A DNA stretch of 63,971 nt, the filler included, from Collodictyon triciliatum (lineage: Eukaryota): assembly GCA_043381765.1 (NCBI GenBank). It is 10 parts of 10 records of this genome, joined end to end, with 100 filler letters (N's around TTAATTAATTAA, not from the genome) between each part and the next. Parts side by side here need not be neighbours in the genome. Positions count along the whole stretch, not along the records: positions 51,265 to 57,565 come from JBHJMP010004562.1; positions 57,666 to 63,971 come from JBHJMP010004563.1; 8 more parts are not named here. One strand, written 5' to 3'. Under the pieces are notes generated by a model. That model saw only the letters and a list, made by a program, of their open reading frames with translations, was not told the DNA's origin and searched no databases. Below are positions 51,758-63,971 of the stretch, piece by piece (position 1 is the first letter of the stretch; every line of letters begins with the position of its first letter). The position numbers were made by a program, and so were the translations under genes.

Positions 51758-52862
51758 GCCCTTTCCGAAGATGCCCAGGAGTTCTTCAACTCCCTGACTC
51801 CTGCCGCACAAGCCAAAGTGCAGAAGCTCCGCGAAATCCAAGCAGAACACTCAAAGCTGGAGGAACAAATGGAGGGCGAAATCCGCGTGCTTCAGCGCAA
51901 GTATGACGAGCTCTATGTGCCGCTCTACAAGTCGCGCAAGGACATTGTCAACAGCGCCGAAGGCGGCATCCCAGACTTTTGGCTGACTGCACTGTGCAAT
52001 CTGCAGTCGATTGCGGACTTGATTACAGAAAACGACCGTCTGGCTCTGCATCACCTGCAGGACGTGACGTCGGAGGAGCTGCCTGACAACCGCGGCTTCC
52101 GGCTCCACTTCCACTTTGGCGAGAATCCCTTCTTTACAAACACGGTTCTCACAAAGACATACACAATGCCGGCCCCGCAAGAAAGCTCCCAGGAGGACGA
52201 GGGCCCGTCATCCCAGCTGCCGACCATCGAGGGCACAAAGATCGAGTGGAAGCCCTCAAAGAATCTGGCTGTGAAGCTGGTCAAGAAGAAGCAGCGCCAT
52301 AAGAGTATACCCACACAAAAGAAAAGAAATCACGAGTCAAAATCGCCAATTGTGTATATGCGCGGAGCCCTTTTTCATTCATGTGACATGTCGATGACAA
52401 GATACCGAGCGAACTCATTCCTTCTTTTTCAACTCACCTGCCTAATTCCCATCAGACCGCGGCGAGGTCCGTGTCGTGACCAAGGAGGAGCCGGCCGAGA
52501 CGTTCTTCAACTTCTTCAACCCGCCTAACGTCAGCGAGCTGGACGGTGAGGAGCAGGAGATTGCGCAGGACCTGATGGAGATGGACTTGGACCTGGGCTA
52601 CATCATCCACGAGAAGATCATCCCCAATGCCGTCAAGTGGTACACCGGGCAGGCGTTGGAGGAGGAGGACATGTTTGAGGATGACTTTGAGGACGGAGAG
52701 GACGACGAGGACGACTTTGATGAGGATGAAGACGAGGACGAGGAAGAGGAGGAGGAGCCGAAACCCAAGGGGGGCAAGAAGCCTGCCGCAAAGAAGCAGC
52801 CGCAGCCGCCCTCTGGTGGGCAGCAGCAGCAAGCCGGCCAGCCCGAGTGCAAGCAGCAGTAA
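51758..52862 (+). CDS. NAP1: Nucleosome assembly protein 1 (histone chaperone); 2 exons seen, start codon not located
   Basis: GIPDFWLTAL; FRLHFHFGENPFFTNTVLTKTY; GTKIEWK; KKKQRHK; ETFFNFF; IIPNAVKWYTG; acidic tail; PECKQQ* CaaX-type end. Confidence 0.96.
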
Positions 52863-53143
52863 GTGCCTTCTGCAATGGGTGTGTGCGTGGCTTGTGTCCC
52901 CGTTGTTCTGCTTCTCCTGGTGCTTTCTTAGGTGGGGGCACTGGCATTAGATACAAGGAAGGAAGATTCAAGGATGAGTGTGACCCGCTATTCTCTCTCT
53001 CTCTCCTTTTCTTTTCTTTCTCTCCTGGCTGCTTCTGCCCAACTAATATAAAACAATAACCAAGCCCAATACCTGCACATCTATGTTGCGATGTCCAAGC
53101 GAGCGGCCAACAGGGGATTATGATGATGATGATGCAAAAAGGA

Positions 53144-53216
53144 TGCTCCGAGTGAGGATCGAACTCACGACCTTGGGATTATGAGACCCACGCTCTACCA
53201 ACTGAGCCATCGAAGC
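53144..53216 (-). tRNA. trnM: tRNA-Met(CAT), elongator type
   Basis: GCTTCGATGGCTCAGTTGGTAGAGCGTGGGTCTCATAATCCCAAGGTCGTGAGTTCGATCCTCACTCGGAGCA folds as a cloverleaf with a CAT anticodon. The TTCGA T-loop and G1 indicate elongator rather than initiator; a T5 terminator lies at 53136-53140. Confidence 0.96.
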
Positions 53217-53232
53217 TCCATGTCAAATAAGA

Positions 53233-53607
53233 GATTCAATATAATATACAAATCAATAAACAGGTAAAGGCCTCGGGAGCGTCATTATGAACAAATCATC
53301 ATTAGGGGATTCAATATAATATACAAATCAATAAACAGGTAAAGGCCTCGGGAGCGTCATTATGAACAAATCATCATTAGGGGATTCAATATAATATAGA
53401 AATCAAAATACACGTAAAAGCCTCGAGAGCGTCATTATGAACAAATCATCATTAGGGGATTCAATTTAATATAGAAATCAAAATACACGTAAAAGCCTCG
53501 AGAGCGTCATGATGAACAAATCATCAATAAGGAATTCAATATAATATAAAAATTGGATAGCATGCAAGGGCCTCGAGAACGTCGTTATGAACAAAACGTC
53601 AATAAGG
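53233..53607. repeat. Five 75-bp tandem repeats immediately upstream of tRNA-Met
   Basis: Units start at 53233, 53308, 53383, 53458 and 53533. Units 1 and 2 are identical, 3 and 4 near-identical, and 5 is diverged. Confidence 0.95.
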
Positions 53608-53991
53608 AAATTACATAACGAAACATCAATAAAAAAAAATTATTACATAACAAAACAACAAGAACAAGACAGTATGAAATCTCCATAGCGGAAAAGATAT
53701 AAACAGTAAGTTAATTCTTTTCGCTTTTTTGTTTGCAGTGATGCTAATTCGCGCTACGTTCGCTCTCCTTCGATTTTTTTTCCTTTTTATTCAGATTTCC
53801 AGGCTAGAAATCGTTAGAATGGCGTGTTATCTTGTCTTTCAGTCTTGTGGATTCTCAATCTGCGGAATACGATAGTAAGTTGTCTTGGTTAGCTAATGAG
53901 CAAAAATATAAATATCCAGGCCAAAAAAATTGAGGAGATTAGATTCTATAAAGGTTACACTTGCTGTTGTTTAGTTTGTGTGTGTATTGCT

Positions 53992-56900
53992 TCATTCGTA
54001 ATCATTTACGGGACTTTCTTGTGGTTCGGTCTCCCTGTCGAAAGTATGCGACGCCGTTTCAAAGGCACCACCTGCAGGAATACGCGGCTGCTCCGGTGTC
54101 ATTGGCTGGGACAACTGTCTGAGAACATCTGAATTGACAGAACGACTCAGCAAATCAACATCCGATGCATCTATTTGAGGCGCATGAAAAAGAGGCAGTT
54201 TGTCTGCTTCCACCAAATCATCCAAACAATCCTGTTCTAATGCGATTCTCTCCTCTGCTTCGGATGGCTCAGGACTTGTTTGCATATTTTGGGTATATTG
54301 AAGCCTTTTTATCAAGAATTACATTATATAAATTTGATCGTTGATTAGTTCAATGAATGGAAGAAATTACATCGCATCAGATATAAAGGCGATATGGTAA
54401 ATAGAATCATACCCATCTAAGTTTTCAACAAGGTCTGATGTCTGTTGTAAAGCAGGAATGAAATATGTTATATTTGATGGAGCAGGATAATGAAGTGTGA
54501 AAATATAATTTACTTTGATGTGGCTCGTAGCTACTTTTCGGCGAAGCATTCGTTTCCCCTGCTCCATGGATTGATTTGTGAGAAAAATACAATATTGAAA
54601 CGTACATATAATGTTTTACTACAGAATTTTATCATTATATTTAGACAAATTGAGTTTCATCCTTTCATTGATGGTAAATGATTTTCAGCATAGGCAGCTT
54701 ACGTGAATAACGCCCTGGTATCCATTCTAAAATTGGGGTGGGGTGCATAGTTAATGTATTTGTTTTGTATTTTTGTTTCCGATGTAAAACACAGAGTATC
54801 CATTTCATGATTACTATGCATTATCTCACCAGAATAAACAGAGACCAAGCTCGCATTTCGCCCCATGTATCGCAAGCAACCATCGAAACGAATAATTTGT
54901 GGTTGATGTTGAAGTTAAAGAACTAGAGCCAGAAGAAATAATTATTCAGAGAGTATATTTACGTAGGATAACTATCATGTGGCCAGGAGTATAGATAAAT
55001 GCACACTATATCACACATATACTGAATGAACACACTCGTATCTAACAAATATTCTTTATTGAATACCTTGTCAGAATCTTCATCGCATGGAGTTAGTGTC
55101 ACAGCAGAAAGAGAGAATGAAGTGGACGGCTTAGTTTCCTAATTGTATTATTTTGGAAATTTAATCTTATTAAAGTTACCGAAAGAACATAGATATGAAT
55201 ATTGCCATATGAAAGAGAGAGAAAAACCAGGCGATAAATAGGAAGAAATAACCTTTGAAGTTGGCTGACTCTTGTAGTAATGCATCTGAGCTTCGTCGAT
55301 GGTAAACCTATAACAATACCAAATTATAAAATTTTTAGCGCTTCAAAATTCGAATGATGATGTTTTTCGTGACAAGAATAAAAAAAAAATAATAATAAAG
55401 ATTGAAAGGAAAGTGATTGGCCGAGTCATAATCAATAGATAAAGCATAGTTCGAGTACTAAAATGATTTACCATCGGTTTTTCCAGCTATTTGACCTAAT
55501 CGAGCCCTGTTTGTACAAATATCCGCATATATTTTCCCTCGTATGGATATGTGACATCCCAATAGCGCTAACCAGCAGAGGCCCCGTTCCGTTTGTATTG
55601 GACAAGAAGTCGTAATTCTGTATTATGATGTCCTCTTGTGGTGTAACCTGATGAAATTGGAGATATTCTTAATCACTCGTCTTTTTCTTAACTCAGAACT
55701 TTCTTGCTTTTATCATGACAATGACTCCATAAAGGGGAGCTTTTTCACAGTTACATGCTCAAGACTTACTGTGGTATGTGAGACGGTGCTCTTTCTTCGA
55801 GACCCCCACAATGAGGAAGGAAGTGAGAGAGTCGAGGAGAGAGACATGGACACAGGTCTCGAAAGTATCGCTCCCGATGAACTAATTATTTTCACAACCA
55901 TGACATTGAGTAAAATGTGTGACCATTTTGGGCAAGTACTTTGTTAATTCGATTCTCGCGTGTTTATTTTATGAAGAAAAGTAACAAAAGAAAACATACG
56001 CGTCAAGGTCAGCGAAAGGGCTTCTATTTCTGTCCAGGGGTGACGAACGAGTAAATTTAATCGGCTGAGAAAGCAATTTACTTGTGTTAGGCGCGACAAT
56101 ATTTATTGTCAATTTTTGAAAATATATATGCATGTTTCTTTTTATCTCACATTTTTTGAGGCATTCTCTCGGGCTTTATTAATTTCGTGTATCCATATGC
56201 CTCGGTCTTCAGCTAAGAATTTCAAAAAAAAAATATTGTTTCTTACTATTGGTTTTTGGCTATCAAGATTATTTAAGATGTATAAATTGTGGAGAGATAC
56301 CTCGTATTTGACATTTTGAAAGAATACAAGACCCAATTAAAGGGAATCGAAAATGGAATTATGTATCAGAATTTGATTTATACTGTTACTACACATGAAA
56401 AGACCCCTGTCTTGGAATGAATTGAATCCAACCCATGTAACTTCGAAGATTATCTCGAGTTCTATATAAGGTTTGTGAAGTCAGATTATGCTTCAATCAC
56501 TTTTTTTTGTAATATATAAGATTGACCCTTTCCAATTAATTCTTGGTTGGGTGCTACAATCTTATGTATTGAATTTTAAAATATGAATCATTTCAGTACG
56601 TGAAAACAAAATGTAACTCGCTTTTGTTAAAAGTCTTCGAATGTGTTACTCATACTTGCTGGGTGAAGAGGAAATACGGATGGAACTACCGACGCAACTA
56701 GATTTTCAATCAAGAAGCAACCTCGAATGCGATATTTCTACAGCGCGCATTTTACCGTAAACGTTATAAATAAATGAATAAATAAATGGACGGATGCATG
56801 GATGGATGCATGGATGGATAAAAAAAAATATATATCACAGATATTAACCCACATCTCCACCATCCTGCACAAAATTGAAAGGAAGAATAAAAAAAAAAAA

Positions 56901-57323
56901 TCGCAGATATTAAAGTGCAGGTAATACCTCTTTCTCTAAAGGAGACAATACGAGAAGGCAATCATTGAAAAGATAGCAGCGAACCTCACTAAGCTCCCTT
57001 TATTGATTAGGATTTTGTGAATCAGCATAAGCAACCAAAGAATTATTATCAACAGGACACTAATTAACCTTATAATCAATATCTTTATAAGTGTATTGTT
57101 TTTATTTTATTTTATTTTTTACTAATCCTACGCGTCAATAATTTTTAAGTTCCCTGAATGGTAGCAAACTCTTCCAGGAGTTAAAATCTATTGATACCAT
57201 GTAATATTAAATTTTGGTTTTGTAATTTTTGGTATCATAGAGTTGTTTTCGTTTGTTTTTTTTGTTGGAATTTTAAACTATGGTATCCAACTGTGTCAAT
57301 TTATGAGAGCTCGTTTATATGCA

Positions 57324-57389
<66 letters not shown>

Positions 57390-57471
57390 CACATAATAAC
57401 CTTTGCATCGTCTGTCATGAAGGCATGGGCCTCCTCCAATCTATCCTGCATTTCTCTTTCTCGTTTGTTTT
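53992..57471 (-). CDS. Protein with two PH domains, probably the 3' part of a DH-PH RhoGEF; many small exons, 5' partial, 3' end approximate
   Basis: ENKREREMQDRLEE...ILTPGRVCYHSGNL...VRCYLFNDCLLV...DRGIWIHEINKA matches a DH-associated PH pattern. A second PH reads ICGYLYKQGSIRSNSWKNRW|FTIDEAQMHYYK. Confidence 0.75.
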
Positions 57472-57886
57472 CTGAAAAAAAAAAAAGAATAAATTAATAT
57501 TATGTTATGAAATAGAGTTTCAATATAATATCAATATTGTTATGTCATTTTACCATTTATTTTTTNNNNNNNNNNNNNNNNNNNNNNNNNNNNNNNNNNN
57601 NNNNNNNNNTTAATTAATTAANNNNNNNNNNNNNNNNNNNNNNNNNNNNNNNNNNNNNNNNNNNNCTTTTCTTTTCTTTTCTTTTCTTTTCTTTTCTTTT
57701 CTTTTCTTTTCTTTTCTTTTCTTTTCTTTTCTTTTCTTTTCTTTTCTTTTCTTTTCTTTATATCAAAAGGCGAATCGAACTATGAGCCGTTTTTTTTTTT
57801 CATGATTTTTTTAAAAAAATTTACATTCAGAATAATAATTTTGTACAAAATTTTAAAAAAATCATCTTAAATCATGGTCTCTTTAG

Positions 57887-59416
57887 GGGGTAAAGGAAAG
57901 AATTCCGACACTTCTGGTCTATTGGATCTATTCAAGAAATGAAACATTTTTCTCATGGAAACGTAGGGAACAATCGCCTCTCTATCCTGTGGAGCCTTTT
58001 ACAGACAAAGTGGAAATTTTCAAAAACGTAAGTAGTGGGAGTGATAATTATTTCCCTCTGATTTTCATAATTGTGTCAATTTTGTTAGCGTGTGATAGTA
58101 ATTCACCCATAAAATTGACAAGGTTTGCAAGTCTAGTATGATTCAAACTGCTGCAATTGCTTTGACAGAGATTCAAGGGAAAGTATACGGCTCTCGCGTT
58201 GTCTTTGATAGTTGCTCACTCAAACCAGCCATGCTGTCTTGTAAGTAGCTTTTGAGCGAGGAACATAATATTTTGTAGATTCTGCGAGCTTTTCACTTAC
58301 CAGAGGTTGACCAAATATAAGTGCTATTTTTTACTTTTTCATTATGTTTTGTTTTTCACTTTTACTTAGTGCTCCTATCCAAGACCCTCAAAATGGAGTC
58401 CCAGTTCTTCGATTTGCTAACTGATGAACTTTCCAGACGTACCCCACGCATTAGTGTCAACATTTTAAAACAAGTGAGATTGATATAATTTTAATCTAGA
58501 TTTTCTTGTCAAATAGTCCTTAAAAAAATGTAACATAACTTTTAATTCACCAACTGATAAAAACACTTACTACACTTTTCTCTTCCTATCCATATAAATT
58601 ATCAACAGGAGCAGCATCCCTTATTATCGCAACTTGTGTGTTCCACGAGCATGAACGAATTATCAGCGCTTTGTCCTGGCGTTGTTTTAAGAAAGACCGA
58701 AGCTGGTGTTCCTGTAATCGAAAACACATTCTCGCGTATTATTTGCCTGCTAAAACAGTCGATTGCTGCTGAAACATCGTCGCCGTCGGTTGGTTTACTG
58801 CTCACAACAGTGGAGTCCGTTGAGCATGAGCCCTCGGATACATCGCCAATTGTGACTCATCCTTTTTCCCACGGAGCCTACGATATCGAAGGGATAGAAG
58901 AAGTGTCGTCTTCTCCACAACAAACAGAAAGTGGACTTGATGGTGCGCTGCGTTCCACAATGAGAATGTTGGGCGGGAATGTGGCTGTCATCGTCACTCA
59001 AAACGTCAAGGCGCCGGATTACATTAGGTAATTATCATGTACTTGTCTTTGTTTTCATGTTTTTATCTATCTATTGTTATTTCTATTGTTTTTCTATTCA
59101 AAATATTCTTAGTGTTGTTGTCGAAGTTTCTTATCTGAGAATGTTAACGCTCCTTTGTTTTGTGCCAAAAATTGTGAGTGTAATCTTATTGGAAAATCAA
59201 TTTTAAATCATCGCTTGTTTACTATTAGTGAGCCCCTAGGTGTTGCAGCATCTTCGCTTCGCATAGCCAGCTTGGACCCACCCATGATATACGTCAACAT
59301 AATGAACAACTCTCTCATGCATAAGCATTTGTGCTCGAAGGCAAATGACAGGCTTTTCTTTTCAGTTCACATTCTCCACAGCGTAAGATTTTGTATGCTA
59401 TTTTGCATGCTATTTT

Positions 59417-59513
<97 letters not shown>

Positions 59514-60167
59514 GCCTTTGGTAATAACTTTTCTAAGCTTGTTATCAATTAAGGTACTGCTTTTCAACCATACTTTCATTATACCAAACAGAACCAAAAG
59601 ACAGTGGCTCAGACATTTGCAAGTAACCCACGCCCGTTTATAACACTCCGAAAAACGATGGGATTTTCTTACAACTGGTATTATGGAACAGTTGCTTTTT
59701 CAGACTCTCTGTTATCTCTTGATTGCCAGGTAAGATTGTTATAATATATAACTATGTATCCTCTTTCGAAGCTTTGAAAATAAATCTTGATTTCACAATT
59801 ACATGGTAAATCCCTGTTGTGTGTATGTTTCATCTCTGAAGTATTGTCGGTAGAATTCCATTCAGTTTGCCATTTTGTTGGGTTTTGTGTTTTGTGTTTT
59901 TTACTTTATGTTTTGAGTTTGAGTTCGATTTTTTTTGTGTTTTGTGCTTTGTGTATTATGCATATCGTGACATACATTTTGAGATATTTATGCTTGTTGA
60001 AAATTGATACCGCTAACATATTTCAGGTGTCCGATGTAATCAGTGCGGGTGACCACAGCATCGTCCTCGCGCGTGTGGTGGACTTGAGGCAGCCGGTTGG
60101 TGGGAAGCTGGACCCGATTGTCTACTCAAGGCAGTCATACACTGGGAGATTAAAGAAGCTCTCGTAA
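57887..60167 (+). CDS. Protein with two tandem flavin-reductase-like (HpaC/RutF/DIM6-NTAB family) domains; start uncertain
   Basis: Domain 2: ALRSTMRMLGGNVAVIVT, SLDPPMI, FSVHIL, AGDHSIVLARV, PIVY. Degenerate domain 1: CSLKPAML, ISVNILKQEQ, GVPVIENTFSRIIC. Confidence 0.8.
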
Positions 60168-60660
60168 ATATCTTCTAGTACGCCTGCTTGCTTGTTCTGT
60201 ATTATGACAGAAAATGACAATGAAGGGACCAAGACCAGAAGAAGTGAAGAAATCGGAGAGTGAGCCATTTTGTTGATGTTTGGAAGAATTCGTGGCGGTG
60301 AATTAAGTTAAGTAGGGCAAGATACCCATCAGGTTAAAAGAGATGTTTTTATATGATTCCATATTGTTTTATGATAGATTAATGATATTGATTATTTGAG
60401 AGGACACACGAGAAAAAATGCAAAGAAAAAAGCGGCCTGAATAAAGGATTTATCGGAAATAAGCGAGGAAGGAGGAAGGGATAAAGGGCAGATAATAGAG
60501 AAAAGGATGTCATTTAGTATTTGTAATATGGTCGAGAAAAACAGACAAGAAAGTGAGTAGTGCAGAGTCAAGAACTCTTGGCCATAATTGCATAAAGAAA
60601 AGATAAGAATTCTCAAGAGGAGAAAAGAGATGACTCGGTGGATGAGGTATATCAACGCTC

Positions 60661-63600
60661 TTATGTCGCAACTAACCGAATCTGGTTTTTGTCTTCCATC
60701 CTCTGTCGCCGTTCAGGGACCCTTTCATATTTTTTTTTCATGTTTCTTTAATTAGATTAGATGGCATTTATCTGGGTATGTTGATACAAATTAAGGAGGG
60801 AATCACACACATTTATTTTGTAAATAAACGTACATCATTTCCTCGCGTTGCTCTTTAATGTTAAACACCGCCAAAAGGGATATGACAATGTGCTTTAGGA
60901 TAAGAGCACACACGAATATTTGAANNNNNNNNNNNNNNNNNNNNNNNNNNNNNNNNNNNNNNNNNNNNNNNNNNNNNNNNNNNNNNNNNNNNNNNNNNNN
61001 NNNNNNNNNNNNNNNNNNNNNNNNNNNNNNNNNNNNNNNNNNNNNNNNNNNNNNNNNNNNNNNNNNNNNNNNNNNNNNNNNNNNNNNNNNNNNNNNNNNN
61101 NNNNNNNNNNNNNNNNNNNNNNNNNNNNNNNNNNNNNNNNNNNNNNNNNNNNNNNNNNNNNNNNNNNNNNNNNNNNNNNNNNNNNNNNNNNNNNNNNNNN
61201 NNNNNNNNNNNNNNNNNNNNNNNNNNNNNNNNNNNNNNNNNNNNNNNNNNNNNNNNNNNNNNNNNNNNNNNNNNNNNNNNNNNNNNNNNNNNNNNNNNNN
61301 NNNNNNNNNNNNNNNNNNNNNNNNNNNNNNNNNNNNNNNNNNNNNNNNNNNNNNNNNNNNNNNNNNNNNNNNNNNNNNNAACCATGAAATACTCCAAATC
61401 CTATAAACGTTGGATATGTGCGTTAAATGTTTACTGGGGAAGAAAACCATTTTATTGTTCTTTTATCGCTCATATTACCAAAAATAATAATAATAATAAT
61501 AATTGTTATCAGACCCTAGTTGGACGTCGGCTTCCTGGAAGCATCGCAGATGTAAAAATGACAGCAACATCGAGTATGCTTAATCCGTATATGACAGACA
61601 AAGCTGTATTGGCATTTCTATATGATTTTGTAGATTTGTCAGATTAAAATGTGCAGATACAGTATTGGTATCTTCAAAAAGAGTAACCCCATTTTTTTTC
61701 ACTTTTTTTTTAAAAAAAAATATGGTCTGTCATCATTAACCTCTCCTGGAAACGAGATAAAGACACGAATCCCATAACAGCCCATTTGAAGACGAAAAGT
61801 AGCACCAACAGTGGGCCGAAATAGTGCGCAAATAGACTCGCACCAGAGGCAAATACAAGGACTTCAGCAAATCGATAAACTAAAGAAGCTACATATCTAC
61901 GTCGATTTATTGGCTATTAAGCATGCTCATGAAAAAATAATGAATAGGGACACATAGAGGAAAACGTAACAGAGGAGGAAAAAAGGTTAATAAATGTGTT
62001 TTTATAGACCTTAGACCCCTCGTGTATGAAGGGGCGTCCCGACAGGATACTTCCCACGCAGATAGTGTAGAGGATATCACCGACACAATAATAGAGGATA
62101 CGTGCATTATCGACCAATTACTCTAAAAAAAAATATATAATTAACAGTAAGAGCCAAGAGCTAAGATATATATGAGTAAAAATTATATGTGCTACGTGAT
62201 TATTATTGAGCTAAAAAAATTAATTCGACTATAAGTAATATATTATTGGAAGGACAGAATAAAAAAAAAAAAAACATCTTCATATATCCTGCACGCAATA
62301 ACCAGAGTGAATGGAAGGGCCTCGATTATGGCTTGTATAAACTTGCCGGCCTATATTAGCGAACGGAGTGGTTGATAAATATATATATATATATATGATC
62401 AAGAAAGTTAAGAACAAGATGGTATATTTGCGTAAATAAATCGACAATATGCAGATTATATTATTTTTTTATTGGTAGACTTTGTTTGGATGTCGCAAAC
62501 TGGGGGAAAACATGACATTATATTGAGGAGTATGAGTAAGTAGTAGTTCATGTTAAGATTGTAACCTGGTAAAGCGGTGAAAGATTTCCATTTTTGAACG
62601 ACTGGTAGGCATCATATATAAAGTTCATCTGGAAAATAATGGTAAACTTGTACCATGTCGGAATCTGTGCGACGCTCTTTGAAACAATTATATTAACTAT
62701 TGTGCGAAAGGCAATAATGGAAGCGGCAATACCAAACCTAATTGTTTATTTTTGTTACCAAAGCAATATCACTACAAAATGTTGCATAGAAACATAAAAA
62801 TAAAATGGGTGATACCCACGAAAAGGAATAATAGAAAATGTAACAGCTACACCACATTTCAAATCAACAAAAGCATAGAATTATTAGAAAAGGAGATAAA
62901 GTAAAAAAATCCAAATAAAAACCTGTAAATAAACAAATCGTAAAGTCAAAGAATCATGAAATATGAGATAGAATAAAAGTGTTAAGTAAAAAAATAATAT
63001 AAACCACATCATGCGCATCGAATACCACAAATATGCATATGTTTCATATACAAAGTCACAGACCAATCGTAGTGCCTGTCCCATACCAACTCCAGTGCAA
63101 AAAGCAGATGCAGCAGCACATCGACAAACGACCACAGGGCACGGAGCACAAGCAGCGCCTTCTGAAACACAGTCCATCCCGACTGCAGCGTTTCAGCCGG
63201 AGACGGAGCAGCAGGCCCAACCGTGTAAAGAATCGACGTTTCGGTCAGGTCGTGGAAGCGAGTCTGAAAAGCCTGAACCCAATCTTTCATTTCTCTGACG
63301 GTGATGAACTCGACCGGGAAGCGAAAGTCAAAGATCTGCAGCACAACGGGTGATTCCTGGGTTGTTCCCAAAGGCTGCAAAGCAGGAGTCTGAGCAGAGG
63401 CCGTTCCAGTCAGTAATCTGGTTTCCTCAGTCGCTGTTCCTTCGCTCTCTCTGCTTATCTTTTCAATCCCAGCAATGAGTGGCGTGTTCCTTTCTGCCTG
63501 GGCGTCTTTTCCTTTCCACGGATCGGAGTCCGTGATGTCCTTTGTGAGCTCCTGAGAGGGCGCAAACGGATCGCCTCGGAGGCGATAGAGAGAGTCCGGA

Positions 63601-63818
63601 TCCACGTTGGAAGAGTCTGTCTGGTAGGAGCCCACCAGAGACAGGATGCGCGCTTCGTCCGGCGAGAGCTTCGAAGCTGCCGTGTGGAACGACTCTCGCC
63701 CGTAAGGTGACTCTGCGCTGCCCGTCGTTGGCGGCGTGTTTGACCCGGCGCGTTGGAGAAGACTCTCGTGTGCGCCGCGGCTGCCGGCTGAGCGCGAGAG
63801 GATGGACGATCCAAACAT
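60661..63818 (-). CDS. Multi-pass membrane protein, XK-related (XKR scramblase)-like; spans an internal N gap, exon structure partly uncertain
   Basis: Long hydrophilic first exon followed by TM exons FVDVLLHLLFALEL, IQAIIEALPFTL, SIIVSVISSTLSAW and LVYRFAEVLVFASGASLFAHY. The last exons read HIVISLLAVFN...QIRLVAT*. Confidence 0.55.
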
Positions 63819-63891
63819 CCTGCTTTTGCGGAGTTGTGGTCGTGTTAGGTTTGTTTTTTGTTTGTTTTTTTTGTTTGTTTTTTTTTTGTTT

Positions 63892-63960
<69 letters not shown>

Positions 63961-63971
63961 TTTGTTTTTTT

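Noticed and set aside
53233..53607. 75-bp array as a CRISPR array
   Set aside because: Whole units are duplicated with no unique spacers, no cas genes are present and the context is eukaryotic.

Overview
Intron-rich eukaryotic (protist-like) genomic DNA using the standard code. The window is not a natural locus. It consists of ten unrelated contigs of about 6.3 kb, roughly size-sorted and joined by 100-nt N44-TTAATTAATTAA-N44 linkers; most contigs break at microsatellites, so neighbourhood across linkers is meaningless. Manual splicing recovers these genes: a divergent kinesin, the 3' end of PI4-kinase beta, a 3-RRM protein, CDC5L, an ankyrin/PH-like protein, an intronless WD40 + Cys-rich + multi-TM receptor-like gene, a Tam-like methyltransferase, a 2-Cys peroxiredoxin, CCT6, a STAND/TPR-like C-terminus, kinesin-14, an NHL-repeat protein, MetAP1, NAP1, tRNA-Met, a PH-PH (probable RhoGEF) gene, a tandem flavin-reductase protein and an XK-related membrane protein. 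Two fragments of one L1-like retroelement are also present. The most notable observations are the apparently extracellular 7-blade WD40 receptor on a Cys-rich stalk with a TRP-like TM domain, a 5x75-bp array that duplicates a tRNA upstream TATA region, a U12-type intron, and very relaxed splice signals (GTT/GTC donors, AAG acceptors, a GC-AG intron, an 8-nt microexon). Exon boundaries were read by eye and no database search was run.
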